Assembly: GCF_000143415.4 (NCBI RefSeq)
Contig: NW_003314287.1
Coordinates: 1,640,001-1,704,000, forward strand
DNA from: Selaginella moellendorffii
Taxonomy: Eukaryota > Plantae > Lycopodiophyta
Direction: 5' to 3'
DNA length: 64,000 nt
Positions within the stretch are counted from its first letter, which is position 1. Every line of letters starts with the position of its first letter. The notes beneath the pieces are model-generated. The model ran no database searches. It saw only the letters and a list, made by a program, of their open reading frames with translations, and had not been told where the DNA came from. Shown here piece by piece: positions 37,966-48,360 of the stretch. The translations under genes were made by a program, and so were the position numbers.

Positions 37966-40617
37966 CTATCCAGCAAACGCGAGTTCTACATCGTCTTCTA
38001 CTTCTACTGCTGGACAACGAGTTTGATCACGCAGCTTGTAGATCGAAGACAGTAGCGCATACGGTGCCGAGTTCTCGGGATCCAACTTAAACGCTTGATG
38101 TGCCGCTCGTCCTCCCCTCTCGGCGTCCTTGTGCTCTCGACACGCTCCCAGCAATGACGTCCACACCAGCGCCTCGGGCTCAAACGGCATACCAAGTATC
38201 AAGTCCTCTGCGTCTCTCAGCCTGCCTGCCCGGGAGAGAATATCAACCATGCAGACGTAGTGATCCACAGCGGGCTCAAGGCCAAAGTCTCCAGCCATGG
38301 ACACGAAGCAGCTCCAGCCATCTCCCGTCAAGCCGGCGTGGCTGGAAGCCGCGAGAACATTGACGAAAGTGCTCGAGTTTGGCTTGAGGCCGTCGAGAAC
38401 CATGAGATGGAACTGCCCGAGAACGCTCGTCGCCAATCCATTCTGGCTGTAGGAGCTGAGGAGAGCGTTCCACGGCTCGACGTACTGCCGCAGCATCGCA
38501 TCAAAGAAGGATTTTGCGTGCTGGATGCTCCCACACCTTCCATACATGCTGACGATGGCGGTGCTGAGGACCGAGTCGGCTCTAAGCCCGGTGCTCATGA
38601 TCTCGGCGTGGACCATCTTGGCCTTGAATTTGCTCGCGAGCAAGCAGCAAACTTCGCAAACGTGGAGGAAAGTCACTCGGTTCGGCCGCACTCCATCCAA
38701 GTCCATCTCTTGGAAGAACTTGAAAGCTTCCGCTGGGCAGCCGGCTTGCAAGTAGGCCTTGATCATCCCCGTCCAAGTCACTACGTCCTTCCGCTGCGTC
38801 ACTCGATCGAACAGAGACTGCGCTTCGAAGATCGATCCACACTGGGCGTAGGCAGTGATCATCGCGTTCCAGCAAGCCAGCGACGGCCTCGCCAGTCCAT
38901 CAAATATCTTCTTTGCTTCGTCGAGGAAGCCATTCTGCGCGAGTGCCGCGAGCATCGCGTTTGTGGCCACCATGTCCGGATCGACCATCCTCTCGAACAG
39001 CGACTTCGCTTCAGGAACGCTGCCACACTTTCCATAGAGGTTGACGAGAGTGCTGGGGATGAGCATACCGGACTGGCACTTACAGTCGAGCACGCACTGG
39101 TGGAGGATCCTGGCCAGCGTCAAGTCGCCCAAGTTGGAGCAAGCCTCGAGAGCTGCGAGAAAGGTGGTGCGGTTGGGACGAACGCCCTCCATGTCCATGA
39201 CTCGAAACAGCTGAATCGCCTCGCCGTGCTGCCAGTTTTGAGTGTGCGCGTTGATAAGCGCAGTCCAGGCAACCACGTCTCGATCGGTCATGGTGTCAAA
39301 GAGAGATTTTGCGTCGTGGAGATAGCCGTTTCGAGCGTAGCCCGCGATGATGGCAGTCATGGAAACTCGGTTCCTTTGCGGCATTCGAGAGTAGCAAGCC
39401 AGAGCTTCATGGAGATGGCCGTTCTCGGAGTAAGCCGTCACCATTGCCGTCCAGGAGACGACGTTCCACTGGGGCATGAGATGGAAGATCTCGCGAGCTT
39501 TGGCGATGTCAGCGTTGTGTCCGCCAAAGGCTGTGATCAGAGCCGTCCAAGCAACCACGTCCCGAGAGACCATGCTGTGGAAGAGGTGCATCACTTGCTC
39601 CAAGTCCCCCCACTTTCCGTGCATTGTGAGGAGTGCCGTGGCCATGGCGGTGTCGTCCTCGAGCCGGAGCTCGGTGAGCTTGGAGTGGATGTTCCTTCCG
39701 AGCTTCTCCAGCGAGAATTGCGAGCACGGGTCGAGCATGTTGAGGAAAGTCGATCGCTCGGGACGGATGCCTTCCAGATCCATCCTCTGGAAGCACGCGC
39801 AAGCCTCGGTGATCCTGTCCAGCTTCAAGTATCCACAGATTAGAGTGTTCCACAGACCAACATCGCCACGAGAGGCCGTCTCCTCGAAGAGTTGTCGCGC
39901 TTCTTCTATATGCCCGTTTGCGGCAAATGCTGAAACCATGGCTGTTCTTACGGCTACGTTTTTATCCGGCATTCGATCGTAGAAAGACTTTGCTTCGTTC
40001 AAGATGCCTATTTTTCCGTATCCTTGAATCAGTGCTGTCCAGTTTGCGGTGCTTGGGTCGCTAAGCATCTCAAACAATCTCCTCGCCTCGTGAAGATGCC
40101 CTGCATTGGCATACGCTGTGATCATCAAGTTCCAGGTCACTTGATCCTTTACTTCCATAGAATCAAACAATCGTTTAGCTTCGTCCATATTGCCACCTTT
40201 TACGTATGCTGTGATTATGGTATTCCACGAAGAAACACACTTATCTGGAGTACGATTAAACATCTCTCTCGCTTTCTCCAGGTACCCATTACGGGCATAT
40301 GCAGTGACTATGATATTCCACGAGAGCGATGTTTTGTCATCAATCTTTTCAAACACCTCTCTTGCCTCATGTATACAGTTGTGCTTTGCGTACATCTGCA
40401 GAAGCAAGTTTCCACATTCCTGGCCTCGATCGAGGCCACCCGCTGCCAATGCCGAGTGGACGGTCCTCCCCTCTGCCAAGTTCCTCGTTCTAGCACATCT
40501 CCGCAAGATCTCCACATAGTTGCTGGAAGCATCGGTGCAAAGACCCCGAAAGGAAGACAAAGTGAACACCATCAAACTTCCATAGCTCGCTCTCTTTCTT
40601 TCATAATAGACAATCAA
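37966..40617 (-). CDS. PLS-class PPR protein with E domain, no DYW
   Basis: 883-aa intronless ORF ending MVDILSRAGRLRDAEDLILGMPFEPEALVWTSLLGAC...SAPYALLSSIY. A likely ATG start lies at 40572. Confidence 0.93.
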   Translation of the reverse strand: MIVYYERKRASYGSLMVFTLSSFRGLCTDASSNYVEILRRCARTRNLAEGRTVHSALAAGGLDRGQECGNLLLQMYAKHNCIHEAREVFEKIDDKTSLSWNIIVTAYARNGYLEKAREMFNRTPDKCVSSWNTIITAYVKGGNMDEAKRLFDSMEVKDQVTWNLMITAYANAGHLHEARRLFEMLSDPSTANWTALIQGYGKIGILNEAKSFYDRMPDKNVAVRTAMVSAFAANGHIEEARQLFEETASRGDVGLWNTLICGYLKLDRITEACACFQRMDLEGIRPERSTFLNMLDPCSQFSLEKLGRNIHSKLTELRLEDDTAMATALLTMHGKWGDLEQVMHLFHSMVSRDVVAWTALITAFGGHNADIAKAREIFHLMPQWNVVSWTAMVTAYSENGHLHEALACYSRMPQRNRVSMTAIIAGYARNGYLHDAKSLFDTMTDRDVVAWTALINAHTQNWQHGEAIQLFRVMDMEGVRPNRTTFLAALEACSNLGDLTLARILHQCVLDCKCQSGMLIPSTLVNLYGKCGSVPEAKSLFERMVDPDMVATNAMLAALAQNGFLDEAKKIFDGLARPSLACWNAMITAYAQCGSIFEAQSLFDRVTQRKDVVTWTGMIKAYLQAGCPAEAFKFFQEMDLDGVRPNRVTFLHVCEVCCLLASKFKAKMVHAEIMSTGLRADSVLSTAIVSMYGRCGSIQHAKSFFDAMLRQYVEPWNALLSSYSQNGLATSVLGQFHLMVLDGLKPNSSTFVNVLAASSHAGLTGDGWSCFVSMAGDFGLEPAVDHYVCMVDILSRAGRLRDAEDLILGMPFEPEALVWTSLLGACREHKDAERGGRAAHQAFKLDPENSAPYALLSSIYKLRDQTRCPAVEVEDDVELAFAG

Positions 40618-40639
40618 ACCATTCTCTAGATACTATCGA

Positions 40640-40815
40640 GATCATCATCGTTGTGGAGCTTCCAAGCGCGTTCTCGCCGCCCCACTCGGCTCAGACAACG
40701 AGCTCCTCGGCCTCGTCCGCTCGACCAGATCCTCCCAGCAGATCAACCAAGCACCACAAATGACTTGGAGCGATGTCTCCTGCGCGCATCACATCCAACA
40801 TAACCTCAAAGAGCT
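40640..40815 (-). pseudogene. PPR C-terminal remnant
   Basis: IAPSHLWCLVDLLGGSGRADEAEELVV* followed by an early stop; the upstream part is replaced by AT-rich repeat DNA. Confidence 0.65.
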
Positions 40816-41299
40816 CAGTTTTGCAAATAGTTTGTGTCTTCTGTATATGCAAGAGTAGCAAGACATTCATTTTATTCATTCACTGTTTACATCCATTGGT
40901 TTTATTTTCTTAAACTAGAAATCTAAAGTATTAAAATCAAAACAAACAAAAGAAAAATTAACAATAACTATATATATAAACACACATTATTTCTTATCAT
41001 ATGGCAAGCAATTTGTGATGATAAATTTTGGGGGGAGGTGTACCTGGGATGGGTAGCCTGGAAAAGAAAATATATAATCCTGCAAGATATATGAACTTAA
41101 AATATATGTGCACTTGAATTGTTATAATGCATATGTATGAGTCACAATATAATATTTTTTATGTAACTTATTTCAGTTCCATAATAGCATGCTAACAGAG
41201 TTTAGGCTTTGGGTTAAGGTTTGCATGTGATAGCACATGAGCTAAATTTTGAGCACATTTTACAAGCCATATAAGTTAAGTGGTTAAGTGAGGGAAGGC

Positions 41300-42258
41300 T
41301 CCAAAATAATGGATCTTGAAGAATCTCTTTGATTGAATCATCAGCATAGAGATTCAATGCCTTATTGATGCATATGTTCTAGATTAGGGATCTTGAGCAT
41401 GCAATGGAGTTTTCATGTGCAGCCATCTCTCATCCAGCTCTTACACCCACCATTGCTAATGTAAAAGTCTTTGCAATGGTTGAGAAGGCTTTGACAGAAT
41501 TTGTAGGGTATAAGAAAATTATCTAACAATAGCAGCAAATGTAAAGAGCTTTGCATTTGTCAATTACAGCAAGTCAAGAAGCTACAACATGCTCCATACT
41601 TTTGGTATTGCTCCCATTGTGACATCACAACTCATAACTCATAACATGGAGAAGTGCTAAAAGCTTCATCTAAAGTTGCAGCCACCATGTTCTCAATGTA
41701 TTCAGGAGCAACTGTTCATTAATAATAGCATTGTAACACAAGGGAAGGATTGCTACGAACAACAACTTAAGCATGCAAGCAATCAAGGCTGCACCTTTGT
41801 CATCTTCTAGTAAAGGGAAGGCTCTAATGGGACAAGTTAGTGCCATAAGAATTGTTGAGAGTTCACAATGACAATAACCATAAGAGCATAAAAGAAGAAA
41901 CCAATTGTTCAAGAGGAAATTGATCATGATCCAGCTCCTTCAACAATCATTAATCCAACACCCAAGGTGGCATGGAAGCTCTTAATCATGTTTCTCCTAC
42001 TTAAATATCCTTCACCTTCCTTTGGCAGTTCCGAAGTCCTCGAGAGCACACTAGCAATTGATAGAAATATTTATCACCATTTTGCTACATGAGCTTTTGT
42101 GCACAATTCTTGGCTTTGGACAGTGTCTTGAGGATTTTGTGAGGTCTATTAGAACCATGGCCCCACTCCAATAGGATATCCACATTATTGACATTACCTC
42201 CTCTTTAGATCCATTTTTTGCATTCATGAGCTTGCAATATAATTTCTTTGGATGTAGT
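41300..42258 (+). mobile_element. Decayed Ty3/gypsy-like gag-protease remnant, host of the Mutator-like insertion; continues at 52506-52559 (inverted) and 52955-~53100
   Basis: 41450-41550 resembles the reverse complement of ~55100-55205. The rejoined flank reads ILKIFANHTIIPMDNV*VYINGVESLLDFVVV, similar to ILKMFINHLVIPIDI*HGVEILVHGVVSILDFLVV in the minus-strand remnant. Confidence 0.55.
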
Positions 42259-43559
42259 GGGGATGGTCCAAATTTGAGTTGAGCTCATATCAACACAAGT
42301 CAACTCAAGTCAACATAGTCAACATGAAGTCTTACAAATGAAATCTAAATTGAACAAATGAAGGTTCTAGCAAACTTTAAAATATTTAGATACGTAAATA
42401 TCTGAGTTAAAAGTTTCTATAAGATTGAATTGTTTAAAAAAGACAGAGTTCACAAGAACCTATCTTTTATAAAGTTATATTATTTTATTATGACTACTAT
42501 TACAGTTGTCATATTTTGATTTGACTACTTAATATTTTGAATATTTTTATAGTTGTAAATACTATTCCTTCATTCAAAAGATTTTTTAGGGTTCATGAGA
42601 AGATGGGAAACAAGGAAAATACAAAATCTTTGAGTAAGAGTTATAGTGCAAAAGAATATGATAATGCTAATTTTGTTTCACTACCACAATTTCCATATTA
42701 CACTCCTGGTCCTTGTTACCCATCTGGGAATGTGTAGACCACTATCATGATTGATAAAAATGCTCTTGTTGTTTCTGAAACAATAGTCCAGAGCAAAAGA
42801 AATGAAGAAATGAACAACATGGTGGAAAACACCAAGAAATCTACTCTATAAAACTTTCTATGACATTTGTAATTTGTATATTAATTCATATTAAAAACTC
42901 TATTGCTTGCTTATATTACAATCCTCTTATATGATAAGACCAAGGTATAATTTTGCAATGAATCCTCATTAAAAGTTTTTAGGAGTTGTTTGTGAATAAT
43001 AATAAAAGAAATTGAAATCTTTCGAAAGACTCAAAAGTAATATCACATCAAAGAATCAACTTTATTTACATTTCCAAGACTGAAAGGCAGTCTCACATGA
43101 GATAATGGTAGCGTGCTAATATGCTCTGCCACTATAATGTAGTCTATATTTCCTTGTAGTCTATTTCCCTAGACATTTGGCATGTGTAGAAAATAATATA
43201 TATGTAGCAAAGTAGGATTTCATCATAATGATAGAACATGTGTATACATGATAATCTAAAATTCTAGAAACTCTTATATTTTCACGGAAGACAACATCAA
43301 CATGGAATCCGTGTAAATCCGTGTAAATATAGTGAAAAGTGAAAAGTGAAAAGTGAATTTTACAAACTAAAGGTGGTAATACATGTTTTTTGTAGTAATG
43401 ACTGTTGGTAGTAATTTCATTCCAGCTCGACAAGATGCTTGTGAAGAGGAGTTGGAAGAACTCTCATCGACAACACGCTATATGCAATAACATATTATTT
43501 ATTGTTTGTTCATTCACTTAATTTTTTTATAAGTCTGTTCTATGTCCCCAATAAAACAA

Positions 43560-44368
43560 TGAGGCATTGTGGGTATTTTCATTGGCTCCTACAATAGATT
43601 GCTGACATCTTTCACGAAAGATGACATCAATATGGATATATGGCACAAGTTCAACCGTTGGTGCTGAAAGATATAAAGGCCATTGCTCCTAGTTGCGGCT
43701 TTCATTCTCTTTGACTTTTTAGATGGTCTTTCAGATATCAATAGGAAAGTTGAGGATTGGAACTTTCTCACACTTGACCACATGCGTGATGCATTCCTCT
43801 TGTCCGAAGCACTTATACTCGAAGTTGGCCATGTCATCTTCATCCTACTAAACGACCCTAACTTGATGAATGAGCTTATGACATGTGCAGTAGAAGTTCA
43901 TTTCAAGTCATTCTCTTCTGGATGTATTATGGATCCTATTGGCATCAATATGAGGGGTGTCCAAGGGAAGCATGAAAAGGTGAGTATGTATTTTATATTT
44001 TTATCTAATTTTTAAACATTTTTATTTTCCAGGTTATGATGTGGACCTATCATGCTTTTTGCAGAAACACACATAATGGTTTTCGTGATAGCGAATGTGT
44101 AGCATGTGTTTTGCCTGGGTATGACAGTTCCACTAATATCATACCCAACCTTGTGGATGAGCAGATCCGTAACACATTTCCAAGGTACCAATTTCAAACT
44201 CCATCAACAATACAAGTCTTGCTTGAGCTCTATTGCCCACCAGATGGTGTTGTGATTGATTGCATAACAAGTAGCGATTCTATGATGGAGGCAACACGTG
44301 ACTTTGGTAGGTTGGTGTTTGCTATTGAAGAATATCATTTCTTCAAATGCCGGCTCCAATCCGTGTAA
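43560..44368 (+). pseudogene. Beta-class N4C/N6A DNA-methyltransferase-like domain (decayed; segment inverted within the element)
   Basis: FILFDFLDGL..VEDWN..FLLSEALILEVGHVIFI lies at the DPPY-motif position, followed by FQTPSTIQVLLELYCPPDGVVIDCITSSDSMMEATRDFGRLVFAIE, which resembles QKP..L..LI..Y...GDVVLDPFxGSGTT..AA...GR...GIE. Both key motifs are non-canonical. Confidence 0.55.
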
Positions 44369-44581
44369 ATATAAGAGTTTCTAGAATTTTAGATTATCAT
44401 GTATACACATGTTAGTGTAGTCTATATTTCCTTGTAGTCTATTTCCCTAGACATTTGGCATGTGTAGAAAATAATATATATGTAGCAAAGTAGGATTTCA
44501 TCATAATGATAGAACATGTGTATACATGATAATCTAAAATTCTAGAAACTCTTATATTTACACGGATTTCCATGCCGGCTC

Positions 44582-46620
44582 TCAACATGGAAACTCTTGT
44601 ATTCCATTGTCATTTACATTGCCATTATTGCTAGCATTGACAACTTCCTCGTGGTCTAGTGTAGAGGTCTCCTTCTCTAGAAGCTCTAACTCCCAAGGGC
44701 ATTCTATCTTCCGTGCCTTTGGAACTCTTGCAAATATTGTTGGGTACATTCTTCCATCCTTTACACCCTTTGCAACAAGTCGAGTGCAAACTAGTGCCTC
44801 AAATAACATGCCTCTATATCGAAGATACCTGTAAACAATATATATTTTTAAAAAGTCTTAGAAATTATATTATACCTGTAAGCTGCACATCTCATAAAAT
44901 AAAGCTGACCATGTTGGCAATCATAAGTTGTTGTGCTTGTAGACTTCTCTGGCAGCCACCCCTCTTCAATCCCTTCCAATGATGTGTTAATGTAGATGTC
45001 AAAAGATATAAATGTGCCATTTGGATCGTCACCAATGTGTGGTGCCAAGAACTTCTCACCCTCACTTATAGTTTGCGTGATGTAAATAGCCCTTCTCATC
45101 ATGTTCTCAAATAGTTCTGGCAGTCTTTCCTCTCTGTTCATTAAGCGGACATTGAGGAAATCCAAAGTCTCTATCTGTTGCTTATATAAAAGTTTCGATT
45201 TTACAATATTGTAAATCATGTCATTTGGAGTTTTGTTCACTGCAAAAGTAACATATGCATAATTGCGAAAAATGAAGTGCGATAAAAACCTTACATTCAT
45301 GAGAAGAAATTTCGACTATAATCTTTAGCCACTCCTTCGGCCTGCGATTGTTTGCAATACATACTAGTTTCTTCAACTTTGAAGACTTTGCATGTTGAAT
45401 TTTATGCTCAATTTTTACAAACTCAGCTGAGAGCTCTTCTTGACTCTTCTCTAGATATGCAAGTTCGTAAGAATCTTGCTTGACCTTCACCAAAGGCTAA
45501 AAACTAAAACAATTAAAAGAGGTCCTTATAAAATGAAAAAGACATACCTTGCATCACATAGCAAGCATAAAATTGATTGGGTTGTTGAACCAAGTTGTAT
45601 TGTTATTTCGAGTGTATGAGTGCTAAATAAGTGTTGCAAGATCATCACCATAATGTTGGCAAATGTCATCCTCACTCAAGTCTGCTAAAATTCAAAATTG
45701 CTCAATGTCATGGACAAGGTTTTGCTTTTGAACAGCAAACTGCCCAAGCCTGCATTTAAACACGACAAAATAAGTTAAAGTGGAGTTGGAGATAAAATTA
45801 TAAAACTTACGTATTGATCTTTTGGCAGGCCAAGATAAGTCTGTTGACATCCAAAGGTCTCCTCGCATAGACATGGTCAACTGAAACATTGATATGGTAG
45901 ACGGGATCATCGCGAAAATGATTGTTGATACACTTCATCTAAGGCCCATATTGATAGTTACCATCAATAATTTGGAACATTGTCCCACAAGCTGTTAAGT
46001 CTCAGGATGGTTGATAAGCATGTTATCAAATTCCAGGGACTTCCTCCTCCAAATAGGATCCTAGCTATTCACAATTTCAAATGCGACAGTAACAATCTCC
46101 ATTGTTCTTAGTTTGCAAAAAGAGACTAGAAACATACTAATATTTGCCGCAAGGCCATTCTATTTGAACAAGTTATATATATCCGGGTTGACATACTTGG
46201 ATGCTGTGCGGACAAAGTTTGTCTGCTACAAATAATAAAGGGGGATTTCTTTAATCAAGTCATAAGGGCCTGGCCTCTTAAGCGCCTCAAGTGTTTCGTG
46301 AACTGCTTTTTCCTTTGTCTACATAACAGTCTCTTGGAAGCACTTGTCCACCATGTTGTCAAGAAGGTTTGCAACTTTTTCAGCTCTAGGTTGTTCCTTA
46401 GGTTCCCTATTATGAACACCACCAAATTGCCAACTTCAGGGATTTAAGCTGGTGGTGGGCCAATGAGGAGTAAAGGTGGAGGTGGTAGTGGTGATGGTGA
46501 GGGTGGTGGTGGTGGCGGCAGGGGCGGACGCAATAGTGGTAGTGGTGGTGGCAATGGTGGTGGTGGTGGTGGCAATGGTGGTGGTGGAGGTGGTGATTTT
46601 CCTTTTCTACAAGAGAAATT
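44582..46620 (-). pseudogene. ParB/Srx-like domain gene with poly-Pro N-terminal region (decayed, intron-containing)
   Basis: Manual translation gives EIPLYYL*QTNFVR and FQIIDGNYQYGP*MKCINNHFRDDPVYH (45977 downward). Each of the codons TAT-CAA and TAG is one transition from CAT-CGA (DGNHR) and TGG. Confidence 0.55.
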
Positions 46621-46699
46621 TTTTTTTGTCAAATTAAATAAAGATAATAAGAAATTCAAACAGTAAAAGAGAAAAAAAAAATCAAGTGGGCCCAAACTC

Positions 46700-47165
46700 C
46701 ACTTTGGGCAGTTTTGTTGCTCAAAAGGCCGAGGTTATTCAAATAACCTTAGCCCATTGGGCAGCCAAAGTGCCCAAGGTGGCTAGCCCGGGCTTGACCT
46801 CGGGTAGTTTGGCCGCTCGAGGAGCCGAGGTTATTTAAATAACCTCCGCCCCTTGAGTGACCAAACTGCCCGAGGTGGCCAGCCTGAGCTCGACCTCGGG
46901 CACTTTGGCCACTCCAAGGGCCAAAGTTATTCGAATAACCTCGGCCCCTCAGGCGGCCAAACTGCCCGAGGTGGCTAACCCGAGCTCGACCTCAGGCATT
47001 TTGGCCACCCGAGGGGCCGAGGTTATTCAAATAACCTCGACTCCTTGGGCCGGCCAAACTGTCCAAGGTTGAGGGCCCGAGCTCGACCTTGGGCAGTTTT
47101 GCCACTGCCAAGGTTATTTAAATAACCTAGGCCCCTCAGGTGGCCAAACTGTTTGAGGTGTCTAG
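46700..47165. repeat. Five ~96-bp tandem units, each with a 24-bp palindrome and a second hairpin
   Basis: GAGGTTATT(CG/CA/TA)AATAACCTC cores at 46731, 46827, 46923, 47019 and 47110; related units at 63880-64000. Confidence 0.9.
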
Positions 47166-47289
47166 CCCTAAAGAAGCAATCAAGAAAGAAGCAAGAGGAA
47201 AAAATGGAAGTGGAAGCAATCAAATCAAAACTCACCCTTGGTGGCAACTTTACTTCCTAATTTCTCGATCGTGCTAGATTTTTCGCGCA

Positions 47290-47535
47290 CTCAATCTCTC
47301 CCACTTATGTGCTCAGTCTCTCAATCTCTTGCACACTTAATCTCTCGATCTCTTGCATGCTCAATCGCTCAATCTCTTGTGCACTCAATCCCTCGATCTC
47401 TTGCGCACTCAATCCCTCGATCTCCTTTGCACTCAATCCCTCGATCTCCTTCGCGCTCCACTCACAGTGCAAACAGAAACCTAATCTTGGCAGCTACCCT
47501 AACCCTAATCCTGATGGTTGCCCTAACCCTAACCA
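47290..47535. repeat. 22-bp tandem repeats followed by CCCTAA repeats
   Basis: Repeated CGCTCAATC(C/T)CTCGATCTC-like units then ACCCTAACCCTAA; mirrored at 63465-63755. Confidence 0.85.
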
Positions 47536-48360
47536 ATCTCTTATCCTGGCTGTTCATTCCAAATAACCTAAATCTCAACCATCACAATATCTTTGATCTT
47601 ATTTTATCTTATCATTATTATTATATATGAATTATACTTCTTTATTTTGTATATTTTAATAATGATATAACTAGCACCTATCAACGTTTTTGTTATTAGA
47701 GATATGATATATTTTTTACATTATCTAGAAAGGATGCATTCTCATCAATATTTTGTACATATTTTGGAATCCTTACAAGAACTTTAAAGAGTATAAATAA
47801 GGCACATTAAAATATGTTGTACTATATCCATCTATGAATGGATGAATCCTCATCCAGAAATTTATTTTGTGTTGTATTAGATCCTAAACAATAGCCACAT
47901 GCTTTAAATGTCATTGACCAGTGTTCACAATTATGGATAAAACTTGAGTTGTACTATGAATCAAATCTGTCATTGAAGAATATGATTTTACAAGATTTAT
48001 TATCATCTACCACTTAAAATTTGACAACTTGACATATCACACGTGCTGACAATCAGATTAGATCTCTTGGTTTAACATGCTATAGCAGAATGTCATTACT
48101 GATATCATTATTAACTATCAAACTTCATGTGCTTAAAATCCTTCCTTGGATCTATGTGTATACATGCATCAGAGATCATAATAGATGACAGTAATATTAA
48201 TATTGTCACACTTGTACATGTTAAATTTGCTATAGAATTTAAATTCATTTTGTACGTTGTTGATATTCTTCTTATTACTCTATTTAAATTTCAATTATGT
48301 TTTACTATGGATTTTTATAAGTAGCATAAAGAGAGAGAACTTCAAAACCTATTGAGAAGG

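Noticed and set aside
29241-39843. Long antisense ORFs (29241-30131, 30675-31685, 38260-39843)
   Set aside because: Shadow frames of GC-rich PPR genes with no independent motifs.
46700-47165. CRISPR-like look of regularly spaced palindromes
   Set aside because: The spacers are themselves repeats and the context is eukaryotic with no cas genes.
47238-47630. ORFs over the 22-bp repeats (also 63369-63971)
   Set aside because: Low-complexity products of tandem repeats.
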